Of a stretch of 64,000 bases of DNA, positions 1-12,475 are shown in pieces. How positions within the stretch are numbered: the first letter of the stretch is position 1; each line of letters opens with the position of its first letter. Source of the stretch: an uncultured Actinomycetota bacterium (GTDB lineage Bacteria; Actinomycetota; Actinomycetes; S36-B12; GCA-2699445); contig CAVXYG010000012.1 in assembly GCA_963766005.1 (NCBI GenBank), forward strand, positions 270,265 through 334,264. Reading direction: 5' to 3'. The translations under genes and the position numbers were made by a program. Below the pieces are notes generated by a model. The model had not been told where the DNA came from and did no database searches. It saw only the letters and a program-made list of their open reading frames with translations.

Positions 1-460
1 CCAGGTCGGCGAGCCGTGCCCCCGGGCCGCTGGCGTGGGCGATGGGGGTGCCCAGGGCGTCGGCGGTCTCCTGCCACTTCTGGAGCACGGCGCGGTCCCG
101 GGTCCCGGCCGTGACGAGCACCGGTGTCCGCCCGGGGGCGACCCCCGCAGTCTCCTCGACGAGCGCGCGGCCCCACGGTGTCGCCGAGGTCAGCAGCGGT
201 GGTGCCGACATGACCAGCGGAACCGGGGCCTGCGCAACCGCTTCGCCCACATCCACCTGCACGTGGTATCCGGGGCTGAGGAGCAGCGGCACGACGACGC
301 CCGGGCGGTCGGCGACATCTGCCAGTCGGGGCGGGCAGTGGTCGAGGTAGCAGGCGTGCACGTCCTGGCCGAGCGCGGACGACAGCCGCTGCGCGATGCC
401 GTCGACATCGCCTGCGTGCCGCGGGTCCGCGCTGCCGTGCGCCAGCAGGTAGACCGTCAC
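1..460 (-). CDS. sirohydrochlorin ferrochelatase, CbiX/SirB (Che1-like); 3' end runs off the window
   Basis: Absent from the ORF track because it has no stop in the window. The minus frame from GTG at 460 reads VTVYLLAHGSADPRH...PLLLSPGYHVQVD...VLVTAGTRD, the two-lobed CbiX pattern. GC3 is high. GTGA overlap with the cysG stop (457-460). Confidence 0.7.
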   Translation of the reverse strand, partial: MTVYLLAHGSADPRHAGDVDGIAQRLSSALGQDVHACYLDHCPPRLADVADRPGVVVPLLLSPGYHVQVDVGEAVAQAPVPLVMSAPPLLTSATPWGRALVEETAGVAPGRTPVLVTAGTRDRAVLQKWQETADALGTPIAHASGPGARLADL

Positions 461-1755
461 CGCGCCGCCACGGCGGGCACCGTCTCCTCGACGTCGCGCG
501 TGTGCTGGGGCAGCGCGTGTCCGGCCGCGGCGCTGGAGCGCGCCAGATCGCCCAGGGAGCCGCGGAGTGCCACGACGTCGCCGACGACGACGATCGCCGG
601 GGAGGCGACCCCGCTGCGCCGGGCGATGTCGGCGATGTCGGCCAGGGTTCCGACCTCGGTCCGCTGCGCGGGGGTCCACCCGCGCTCGATGATCGCCGCC
701 GGAGTCGTGGCCGGTCTGCCGGAGGCGACCAGGGCCTCGGCGGTGGCGCCGAGCGTGCGCGTTCCCATGAGCAGGACCAGCGTGGCATCGGCGGGGGCCT
801 CGCAGGCCTGCCGCGCGACCTCGTTCGGGCCGCCATGGCCGGACAGGACGACCACGGAAGAGGTGATGCCGCGGTGGGTCACCGGGATACCCGCCGATGC
901 GGGCACCGACAGCGCCGAGGTCACGCCCGGCACGACCTCAACCGGGATCCCTGCCCGGACGCACGCGAGGGCTTCCTCGCCGCCCCGGCCCAGCAGGAAC
1001 GGGTCGCCACCCTTCAGCCGCACCACCCGGTGCCCCTCGCTGGCCCGCTGCACGAGGAACGCGTCGATCTCCTGCTGGGTCCAGCTGTGATGCCCGGGCC
1101 GCTTGCCGGCGTAGCGGATCTCCACATCGGCGTCGAGGTCGGCGAGGACCGCGGCCGGCACGAGGTGGTCGGTGACCACGACGTCGGCCTGGCGCAGCAG
1201 CCGCCGACCCCGGATCGTCAGCAGGTCCGGATCGCCGGGCCCGCCGCCGATGAGGGTGACGCCGCCGCCGGTGGGCGACGGCTTGCGCCGGCGCCGCAGC
1301 GGGATCTCGCCATCGGCGAGGGCCGAGGCGATGCCCCGTCGCACGGCAACGGCCCGTCGCGGGTCCCGACCGCCGTTCACGGCGACGGTCACGCCGTCCT
1401 GGGCGGTCGTCGTGCCGCACCACGCCGGCGAGGCTGCCGCGTCGGAGGCCCGCACCGACCAGATCCGCGCGGCCTCGGCCGCGGCGACGACGGCATCGTC
1501 GACGACGGGGTCGCCGGTCGCCGCGTGGACCAGCCAGGCCTGCTCGACGTCGCCGGGCTCGAACCCGCGGGCGCGCCACGTCAGGCGCTGCTCGCAGGAC
1601 CAGGAGGCCACCGTCGACGTGGCCTGCGGTGCGACGACGTCGACGAGCGCTCCGGAGCCGAGCAGGGACTCGATGCGCCGGGTCGCCACCGGACCCGCGC
1701 CGACGACCAGCACACGTCGACCCTCGAGGTTCACGAACAGGGCGTAGTCGTTCAT
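457..1755 (-). CDS. cysG: siroheme synthase CysG (precorrin-2 dehydrogenase/ferrochelatase N-domain plus uroporphyrinogen-III C-methyltransferase)
   Basis: ORF 457..2040. Start placed at MNDYALFVNLEGRRVLVVGAGPVA (Rossmann GxGxxA). SUMT motifs are present: LIGGGPGDPDLLT, LKGGDPF, VPGVTSA. ATGA overlap with the cysH stop at 1752-1755. Confidence 0.9.
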   Translation of the reverse strand: MNDYALFVNLEGRRVLVVGAGPVATRRIESLLGSGALVDVVAPQATSTVASWSCEQRLTWRARGFEPGDVEQAWLVHAATGDPVVDDAVVAAAEAARIWSVRASDAAASPAWCGTTTAQDGVTVAVNGGRDPRRAVAVRRGIASALADGEIPLRRRRKPSPTGGGVTLIGGGPGDPDLLTIRGRRLLRQADVVVTDHLVPAAVLADLDADVEIRYAGKRPGHHSWTQQEIDAFLVQRASEGHRVVRLKGGDPFLLGRGGEEALACVRAGIPVEVVPGVTSALSVPASAGIPVTHRGITSSVVVLSGHGGPNEVARQACEAPADATLVLLMGTRTLGATAEALVASGRPATTPAAIIERGWTPAQRTEVGTLADIADIARRSGVASPAIVVVGDVVALRGSLGDLARSSAAAGHALPQHTRDVEETVPAVAAR

Positions 1756-2480
1756 AGGTGCAACCCGCATTCCACCTTGGTGCGGCCGCTCCAGCGACCA
1801 GATCGCTCGTCCTCGCCGTCGACCACCGGGCGGGTGCACGGCGAGCAGCCGATGGACCGATACCCCACCTGCCGCAACGGGTTCTCCATGATCGAGTACT
1901 GCTCGATGCAGGCGTCGATATCGGCATCGCTGAACGCCGCAATCGGGTTGATCTTGATCATGGCGTGCTTGGCGTCCCACGCAACCAGCGGAGTCTCCGC
2001 CCGACCGGCATGGTCGCCGCGCCGCAGCCCGGTCGCCCACGCGTCATAGCCGTGCAGCGCCGCATCCATCGGCGCGGTCTTGCGCATCGCGCAGCATGCG
2101 TCCGGATCGCGCTGCCACAGGTGCTCGCCGTGGCGGTGGTCCTGCTCGGCCACGCTGAGGTCCGGCTTCAAGGACCGGACGTTGACCGGGTACATCTGGG
2201 CCACGGCATCGCGCAGGCCGAGGGTCTCGGCGAAGTGGTAGCCCGTCTCGGCGAAGAGCAGGTCGACGCCCGGCACGGCTTTCGCCGCCAGGCACGCCAT
2301 GACGCCGTCGGAGAACGACACCGCCACGGCGAGCCGGTCCACGCCGAGCGTGTCGCCGAACCATTGCAGCAGGGCGACCGGGTCGGCGTCGTCGCCGAAG
2401 ACCGATTCGGCTTCCGAGACGATGGCGCGCAGCTGCGACTCCGGCCGCCGCGGCGGTGCGAGGTCGACGTCGATCGTCAT
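1752..2480 (-). CDS. cysH: adenylyl-/phosphoadenylyl-sulfate reductase (thioredoxin-dependent, Fe-S type)
   Basis: ORF 1752..2513. Start placed at MTIDVDL (2480). Has a C-terminal ECGLH motif plus the CC...CSPC cysteines typical of APS reductases. ATGA overlap with the end of the sulfite reductase. Confidence 0.9.
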   Translation of the reverse strand: MTIDVDLAPPRRPESQLRAIVSEAESVFGDDADPVALLQWFGDTLGVDRLAVAVSFSDGVMACLAAKAVPGVDLLFAETGYHFAETLGLRDAVAQMYPVNVRSLKPDLSVAEQDHRHGEHLWQRDPDACCAMRKTAPMDAALHGYDAWATGLRRGDHAGRAETPLVAWDAKHAMIKINPIAAFSDADIDACIEQYSIMENPLRQVGYRSIGCSPCTRPVVDGEDERSGRWSGRTKVECGLHL

Positions 2481-4133
2481 CGCAGGACCTCCTCGTCGGC
2501 CCGGGCGGTCCACTCGGCGAACGACTCGCTCTCCCGGCGCCCGTGCAGGTAGTGGCGCAGCACGCGCTCGACGTAGTCGGCCAGGTCATCCCCGGCAAGC
2601 CGGTGGCCTCGCAGCGAACTGCCGAACCCGCTGCGCTCGCCCAGCGAGCCGCCGAGGTGCACCTGGAACCCCTCGGCCTGCGTGTCGCCGTCTGGGCACC
2701 AGCACCCCTTTCAGGCCGATATCGGCGACCTGGAAGCGGGCGCAGGAGTTGGGGCAGCCGTTGACGTGGATCGCCAGGGGGGTGTCGAAGTCCGGCAGCC
2801 GCCGCTCCAGCTCTGCCACGAGATCGGCCGTGCGGCCCTTCGTCTCCGAGATCGCCAGCTTGCAGAACTCGATCCCGGTGCAGGCCATGGCCGACTGCCG
2901 AAACGCCGACGGCGCGGTCAGCAGACCCAGGTCCGCCAGCGCCAGCGACAAGGCGGAGGCGTCCGCTGCGGGCACGTCAAGGATGACGAACTTCTGGTAG
3001 GGCGTCAGGCGGATCCGGCCGCTGCCGTAGCGCTCGGCGAGATCGGCCATCTGCGCCAGGACCGTGCCGGAGATGCGCCCTACCGTCGGGGCGGCCCCGA
3101 CGTAGCAGCGGCCGTCGCGCTGCGGATGGATGCCGACGTGGTCGCGTGCGCCTGGTGCCGGCGCTGGCGGCTCCGGGCCGTCGATGAGCGCCCGACCCAG
3201 GTACTCCTCCTGCAGGACCTGCCGGAACTTCTCCGGCCCCCAGTCGGCCACCAGGAACTTCAGCCGCGCCTTCGTCCGCAGCCGCCGATAGCCGTAGTCG
3301 CGGAAGATCTTGATGACGCCCTCCCAGACGTCGGCGACCTCGTCGAGCGGAATCCATGCCCCGAGCCGCACGGCGAGCTTCGGATTGGTCGACAATCCGC
3401 CGCCCACCCAGAGGTCGAAGCCCGGGCCGTGCTCGGGGTGGACGGCCCCGATGAACGACACGTCGTTGACCTCGTGGGCCACGTCCTGGCGCGGGGAGCC
3501 GGAGACGGCCGTCTTGAACTTGCGCGGCAGGTTGGAGTACTCGGGGTTGCCGACGCTGCGCCGCACGATCTCCTCGATCGCCGGCGTGCCGTCGATGATC
3601 TCGTCGGCAGCGACACCGGCCACCGGCGAGCCCAGCACGATGCGGGGCGTGTCGCCGCACGCCTCGGTGCTGCCGAGTTGCACAGCCTCCAGCCGGCGCC
3701 AGATCTCGGGTACGTCCTCCACCCGGATCCAGTGCAGCTGGATGTTCTGACGGTCGGAGATGTCGGCGGTGTTCCGCGCGAACTCGGTGCTGATGCCCGC
3801 GATGACCCGGGCCTGGTCGCTGGACAGCGCCCCGCCGTCGCTGCGGACGCGCAGCATGAAGAACTCGTCGTCGAGTTCCTCCAACGGCAAGGAGGCCGTC
3901 TTGCCCCCGGGAATCCCGGGGCGGCGCTGGGTGTAGAGGCCCCACCAGCGCATCCGGCCGCGCAGGTCGTCGGCCGGGATGCTGGCGAAGCCCTGCTTGC
4001 TGTAGATGTCGATGATGCGCTCGCGGACGTTGAGCCCGTCGTCGGCCGCCTTCAACACCTCGTTGGCGTTGAGCGGCTCACGGCTGCCGAGGGCCCACTG
4101 GCCTTCGTCGCGTGGTCTGCGTGGGGGTGCCAT
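2477..4133 (-). CDS. sirA: ferredoxin-dependent sulfite reductase (SirA/NirA family), reading frame broken by one extra base near 2693
   Basis: Starts at MAPPRRPRDEG (ATG 4133, GAGGAG Shine-Dalgarno upstream). The body is in ORF 2586..4664, with siroheme/Fe-S motifs TGIEFCKLA and VNGCPNSCAR. The conserved C-terminus (EGFQVHLGGSLG...AEWTARADEEVLR) lies in a different frame, ORF 2477..2662. Span is 1657 nt = 3n+1. Confidence 0.85.
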
Positions 4134-4261
4134 GCGTTCGGATCTCCTCGTGCGGATTCCGGACGCGCGGTCGGGGTGGGCCTCCTGGCCAGCACGCAGC
4201 ACGCTGCCGGTCGGGGGCTTGCGCCCTGGCCGCGTGTCCTGTGGGTCGTGGGGACGTGCGG

Positions 4262-4345
4262 TCAGGCGCAACAACACATGTCGGCGCACATGCAGCACGG
4301 CATGCAACGGCTCTCGGCCGGCATATCCATCCCGCGCGACGACAT
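4262..4345 (-). CDS. candidate Cys/Met-rich leader peptide (27 aa) upstream of sirA
   Basis: Reads ATG TCG TCG CGC GGG ATG GAT ATG CCG GCC GAG AGC CGT TGC ATG CCG TGC TGC ATG TGC GCC GAC ATG TGT TGT TGC GCC TGA = MSSRGMDMPAESRCMPCCMCADMCCCA. That is 7 Cys and 6 Met. It is the tail of track ORF 4262..4867. Third codon positions are mostly G/C. The stop lies 128 nt before the sirA ATG. Confidence 0.5.
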   Translation of the reverse strand: MSSRGMDMPAESRCMPCCMCADMCCCA

Positions 4346-4352
4346 GCGTAGG

Positions 4353-4358
4353 ACTGTA
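4353..4358 (-). promoter_or_regulatory. candidate -10 hexamer TACAGT positioned for a leaderless transcript starting at the uORF ATG
   Basis: Minus strand reads ...gcTACAGTcctacgcATG. It fits the TANNNT form, with 7 nt between the hexamer and the A of ATG (4345). There is no Shine-Dalgarno before this ATG. Confidence 0.35.
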
Positions 4359-4949
4359 GCGCATGTCGTCGCGCACGGCGCCACCGATGGTGCTCGCGGC
4401 CGGTTGGATGAGCGGATTGTCCGCGTCCGTCGATGCTCGGTGCTGCGCCCATGGGACTGGCGAGCGATGCGCCGTCGGGCTCCTGCGCCCGGCCGGTCGA
4501 GCGCAGGAGCGGCGGGTTGGCGCACGCCCCCGGGTCGAACCCCCGCGCTGGCCCGGCACAGCGGCGGTGCTGCTGGGGCTGCGGCGATGGCGCAGGACCG
4601 CGCAGCGGCGGCAGCAGCGTCGAGGCGTTGGCCAGCCGGGCGCGTGCCCGTCGGGCCGGAGCAATGACCAACCGGTGTGCCGGTGGTGGAATCGCGGCCG
4701 TCCGCCGGCAGGGGGGACGCCACCCGGCGGTCTCGCGGGTGACAGCGCGCCAGGCGGCGATCGAGCGCTGGCCGCCCCGCGGTTCGAGGACGCCAGGTGC
4801 GCTCGCGGCGGTCGGGATCGCGGGGACAGGCCGGCGTCGTGCGGGTGCAGGCGCGGGACAACCCCACGAGCGAGGTCGCGCCTCGCAGCCTTGCGGACCG
4901 GGCAGCGATGCCGGGTCGGACCTGGGGCGGTCCCGGCGGTACTGCTCCG

Positions 4950-5681
4950 CTAGGCAGCCGGGTAGGCCGCGGTCGCGATGGCGGCGGAGTAGATCCGGTA
5001 GCCGCGGCTGTTCAGGTGCAATCCGTCGCCTGCGTACAGCTCGGGACGGACGCGACCGTCTGCGTCGAGCAGTTCCTTCCACACATCCACGAAGGCCACG
5101 TTCGGATCGTCCGCGGCGAGCGCGGCGAATTGCTCGTTCAGGGACTCGTAGCGGTCGCGCAGGAACCAGCGCTGCAGGCTCGGCTTGGCCGCGATGATCG
5201 CCACCGTCGTGCCGGGATGGTCCCGGGCAATCGCGGCAAGCAGCCGCTCGGTGTCGGCGATGACCTCGGCTGGGGCCCGGCCGCGGGCGACGTCGTTGTC
5301 CCCGGATCCGATGTAGACCTGGTCGGGGGCGAAGCGGCCGATGAGGCCGGGGTAGTGGGCAAGCAGCTGGTCCATCGTGGATCCGCCGAATCCGGTGTTC
5401 ACGACCTGGGCGTCGGGGAAGGCGGTGTCGCTGCTGTCCCACAGCCGGACCGTGGAACTGCCGGTGATGACGACGACTTCGGCGCCCGGCTCGCGCACGA
5501 ACGGTTCGGCTGACAGCGCTGCCGCCTCCGCCGCAACGCCGCCGCCGCGACCGGCCACCACCGTCGAGGCTCCGCAGATGAGTGCCGCCCCTGCCAGCAG
5601 CGCCGTCACCGCGGCGAGGAAGCGGAGCACGTGCGGCACGGCAGCCCCCCTACGGTTCAATAACGAATCGGTAACGGTCAC
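4950..5681 (-). CDS. secreted SGNH/GDSL-family hydrolase
   Basis: ORF 243 aa. Hydrophobic N-terminal segment, then ITGSSTV (block I Ser), NTGFGGST, YIGSGDND and a C-terminal DGLHLN block. Confidence 0.8.
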   Translation of the reverse strand: MTVTDSLLNRRGAAVPHVLRFLAAVTALLAGAALICGASTVVAGRGGGVAAEAAALSAEPFVREPGAEVVVITGSSTVRLWDSSDTAFPDAQVVNTGFGGSTMDQLLAHYPGLIGRFAPDQVYIGSGDNDVARGRAPAEVIADTERLLAAIARDHPGTTVAIIAAKPSLQRWFLRDRYESLNEQFAALAADDPNVAFVDVWKELLDADGRVRPELYAGDGLHLNSRGYRIYSAAIATAAYPAA

Positions 5682-5796
5682 GTTTCGGTAACGGTACTAC
5701 TGCCAGGGATTCCGCCGCCAGCCCCGGCGGGCGGAATTGTGTCTGCCGGATATCCGCGGGTCCCGCGGCCGCGGGTCCGGCATAGACTCCTGCCGC

Positions 5797-8109
<2,313 letters not shown>

Positions 8110-8121
8110 GCGCCCCCGGGC

Positions 8122-9789
8122 TCAGTTCGCCGGTTCTGCCCGCTCGTGGTCCAGGACGATCCGGCCCCGTCCGCTGCGCTTGGCCCGGTACAGCGCGGCA
8201 TCGGCCCGGCGCAGCGCATCGGTGGGGTGAGCCCCGGGCTCGGCGATCGCGACCCCGATGCTCAACCCGATCCGGACGACGCCGGCTTCGGTGGCCACCG
8301 GCCGGGCCGCCTCGGCCCGGAACTTCTCGGCGACCGCCAGCGCGTGCTCGACTCGCGTCACGTCGGACAGGATCGCGACGAACTCATCGCCGCCAAACCG
8401 AGCCACCAGATCGCCGGAGCGGACGTGGCACAGCAGCCGGTCGGCGATCGCGGTGATCACCTGGTCGCCGACCGCATGCCCGAACCCGTCGTTGACGGCT
8501 TTCAGCCCATCGATGTCGAGGAACAGCAGAGCGACCGTGGCGCCGCTTGGTCGATCCTTGCTCAGCAGCAGATCAAGTCGCTCCTCCATGGCTGCTCGCG
8601 TCGCCAGCCGGGTGAGCGCGTCGTGATAGGCGAGGAATCGCAGCTGCTCGCGGACCTCGTGCTCGGACTGGATGTTCCGCAGCGCGTGGATCGCCCCGAC
8701 CCGCCGGCCCTTGGTATCGGACAGCTGCTGTTCGGCGTCGCTCATCCACACGTACCGTCCGTCGACGGTGCGGATCCTGCGCTCCGCCGGCGCCGCGAGC
8801 GGGTGGTCGACGTCGCGGTCCTCGTCGTTGATCAGCTCGCGGAAGGTGCGGCCCACCACATCGGCGGGGAGGCGTCCCAGCACCAGGGTGATCGACGGCG
8901 AGACCCAGTCGATCACCCCGCTGGCGTCGGTCTTGACGATGACGTCGGAAGAGTTCTCCGCCAGGAGCCGGTAGTGCTCCTCGGAGGCGGCGAGCGCCTG
9001 CTCGGCGGCGACTTCCGCCGTGGCGTCCCGCCAGCCTGAGACCCGGCCCAGAACGGCGCCGTGTTCGTCGGTGATCTGACGCGCGTTGACGCCGATCCAC
9101 CGGTAGCTGCCGTCAGCGCAGCGCACCCGGGCGCGGTTGGCGGTCGCCCCGAGGCTGCCGAGTTGGCGGAGCGCTGACCGCGCCTGCTCCAGGTCGTCCG
9201 GGTGGGCGAGACCCAGTCCCGGAGTCCCCACGAGCTCCTCGGGCCGCCAGCCGGTGAGTTCGGTGATGGAGGGCGAGACCCACTGCAGCATGCCATCGGG
9301 GTCGGAGCGGCTGACGACGTCGGAGGCGTTCTCCGCCAGGAGCCGGTAGCGCTCCTCGCTCTCGGCGAGCTCCTGGCGGGCAACCATCGTCTCGGTCACG
9401 TCAAGGATCTGGCTGACGAACAGTCGCACTCCGCCCTCCGGGCTCCGGAGGCAGGCCACGGAGAGGTCGCCCCACACGATGCTGCCGTCGGGCCTGAGGT
9501 AGCGCTTGGTCTTGCGGTAGGAGTCCGCACGACCGCTGACCAGTCGGTCGACCAGGGCGCGGCTGTCGAGGACATCGTCGGGGTGGGTGAGGTCCGGCCA
9601 GGACAGTCCGAGCAGCGACGACTCGTCGCGCCCCATCAAGAGGCACATCGCGGGGTTCACCCAGACGAAGCGCCCCTCGGGGGTGACCAGGCACATACCG
9701 ATTGCTGAATTCTCCGCGACCAGGCGGAAGATCTCGACGGTGTCGATATCGGGACAGCCGGGTAGCCCCGGAGAGATGCGGTCGGTCAT
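8122..9789 (-). CDS. PAS-PAS-PAS-GGDEF diguanylate cyclase
   Basis: ORF 8122..10026. Start placed at MTDRISPG (9789). Three PAS-like repeats (E.RYRLLAEN.SD...). C-terminal GGDEF domain (ARFGGDEFV, LYRAKRSGRGR). Confidence 0.9.
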   Translation of the reverse strand: MTDRISPGLPGCPDIDTVEIFRLVAENSAIGMCLVTPEGRFVWVNPAMCLLMGRDESSLLGLSWPDLTHPDDVLDSRALVDRLVSGRADSYRKTKRYLRPDGSIVWGDLSVACLRSPEGGVRLFVSQILDVTETMVARQELAESEERYRLLAENASDVVSRSDPDGMLQWVSPSITELTGWRPEELVGTPGLGLAHPDDLEQARSALRQLGSLGATANRARVRCADGSYRWIGVNARQITDEHGAVLGRVSGWRDATAEVAAEQALAASEEHYRLLAENSSDVIVKTDASGVIDWVSPSITLVLGRLPADVVGRTFRELINDEDRDVDHPLAAPAERRIRTVDGRYVWMSDAEQQLSDTKGRRVGAIHALRNIQSEHEVREQLRFLAYHDALTRLATRAAMEERLDLLLSKDRPSGATVALLFLDIDGLKAVNDGFGHAVGDQVITAIADRLLCHVRSGDLVARFGGDEFVAILSDVTRVEHALAVAEKFRAEAARPVATEAGVVRIGLSIGVAIAEPGAHPTDALRRADAALYRAKRSGRGRIVLDHERAEPAN

Positions 9790-9834
9790 GCACCGGTTCC
9801 TCTCGGTCACCCTTGCAGCGTACGCGAGGGCGCC

Positions 9835-9950
9835 GACAGCCGTGGCCGGGGACCAGCGGCGGACAACCGTGGCCGGGGCCGAGTCGGCCGGACAACCGTG
9901 GCCGGGGACCAGCGGCGGACAACCGCGGCCGAGGCCGAGTCGGCGCCGCT
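9835..9950. repeat. intergenic tandem repeat: 4 copies of GACAACCGTGGCCGGGG-like core at alternating 27/29-bp spacing (56-bp super-period x2)
   Basis: Cores at 9835-9851, 9862-9878, 9891-9907 and 9918-9934. The second and third are identical, the first has 1 mismatch, and the last is degenerate. Lies between the cyclase start (9789) and the upstream gene's stop (9965). Confidence 0.8.
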
Positions 9951-9964
9951 CCGGAAGCGCCTCG

Positions 9965-11023
9965 CTAGCGCGGCACCGGCTCAGCGACGAGGCGCTGCCG
10001 CGGCGGTACGTGCGAAGCCAACGCATGGCCCTCGACGTCGAGGTGGGACAGCGTGGTGCAGATCTCGTGGATCACCCGGCCGTCGACCGGCAGCGACATG
10101 TGCCCGACCCCGCGGACGAAGACGTTGCGCACGGCGAGGTCCGGATGCTCGATGCGGGCGCTGCGCTTGGGCACGATCATGAGGTCCAGGTCCGACCAGA
10201 TCGAGACGGTGCGCGTGGTGCAGTTCGGCGCTGGCTCGTTGAACTCCTGCACGACATCGCTGTCTGGCCGCATTTGGCGAGCGATGGGATGCGGCACCCA
10301 TGTCGCCGGCAGGGTCCCGGAGTGCGGCGAGCCGAGCGTCACCAGAGTGTGGACGCGGCTGTCGCCGCCCATCCGCTGCACGTAGTAGCGACCGATGAGC
10401 CCGCCCATGGAATGTCCCACGATGTGGACGCGCTCATAGCCGGTGGCGTGGACCACGTCCTCCACGACGCGGTCCAGGCGCTTGGCCACGGCGCGGATGT
10501 CGTCGGAGAGCGGTGAGTAGTTCACCGTGACGATCCGGCCGTAGCCGCGCCGGCGCAGCGCCCGCTGCAACAGGGCGAAGACCGACCGGTTGTCGATGAC
10601 CCCGTGGATGAGGATGATCGGCGTCCCGGCCGCCTCCACGTCGTGGACCAGCAGCCCGCGCTGCTGCAAGGGCAGGTTGGCCACCGAATGCCCGGGACGA
10701 TGCGGTCGGACCTTCTCGTTGGCCAGCCCCAGCGGGTACATCGCCACGTGGGTGGACAGCCACGCGAACTCCACCGCCGTGCCGCGCAGCCCGGAGGGCG
10801 ACAGGACCGTGCGCACCGATCGCCTGCTCGTGCGCCGCAGTCGGTCCAGCGCGGAGATCTGGCTCTGACCCGGGGCTCCGGCAGGAGCGGGCCCGGCCGG
10901 ATCCGTTCCCGTGCGCCCAGCCCCGCTGCCGACGACGCCGCTGCGCCGCGGAAGCGCGCCCGACCCCGCCGGACCCCGCCGGACCGCGCGGTCCGCGGGG
11001 TTCGGTGTCAGTTCCATGGCCAC
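9965..11023 (-). CDS. alpha/beta-hydrolase, esterase/lipase family
   Basis: ORF 352 aa with nucleophile elbow VGHSMGG and a Pro/Gly/Arg-rich N-terminal extension. Confidence 0.8.
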   Translation of the reverse strand: MAMELTPNPADRAVRRGPAGSGALPRRSGVVGSGAGRTGTDPAGPAPAGAPGQSQISALDRLRRTSRRSVRTVLSPSGLRGTAVEFAWLSTHVAMYPLGLANEKVRPHRPGHSVANLPLQQRGLLVHDVEAAGTPIILIHGVIDNRSVFALLQRALRRRGYGRIVTVNYSPLSDDIRAVAKRLDRVVEDVVHATGYERVHIVGHSMGGLIGRYYVQRMGGDSRVHTLVTLGSPHSGTLPATWVPHPIARQMRPDSDVVQEFNEPAPNCTTRTVSIWSDLDLMIVPKRSARIEHPDLAVRNVFVRGVGHMSLPVDGRVIHEICTTLSHLDVEGHALASHVPPRQRLVAEPVPR

Positions 11024-11287
11024 CCATGCACGCTAGACCACGGCGACGTTGGAGCCGGCGATCCGGGGCGGCAGATCGTGTCGCAGTTGCCTCCCATTTC
11101 CGTCCTCGCTGACGGGGCGGGGGGCACCGCCGCCGCCGGTCGGTCCGAGCAGCGGCACGGACCGGTGGCGCGGCGCCACGAGGCCGACAGGTACGCTGCA
11201 TTATCGGTTGCGGTGCCGCGGTTCTCGCGTCCTGCCGCAGCGCCAGGCCTGCGTTCGCAGGCGAAGTGCAGCACATGGAGAGCGCAC

Positions 11288-12463
<1,176 letters not shown>

Positions 12464-12475
12464 GAGACGACGATC

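Noticed and set aside
502-2049. Very long ORFs antisense to, or out of frame with, recognised genes. Examples: 502..2049 +, 5845..7659 -, 11201..14029 -, 16018..17136 -, 29499..32873 -, 40303..41853 +, 45638..47134 -, 53916..56654 +, 57727..58641 +.
   Set aside because: Their products are Arg/Pro/Gly/Ala-rich and low in complexity, with no motifs. Each mirrors a well-supported gene on the other strand or frame. These are the classic stop-codon-poor shadow ORFs of high-GC DNA.
9835-9950. The short tandem repeats at 9835-9950 and 63044-63132 as possible CRISPR arrays.
   Set aside because: The repeat units are directly contiguous or overlapping, with no unique spacers. There are only 3-4 units, and no cas genes in the window.
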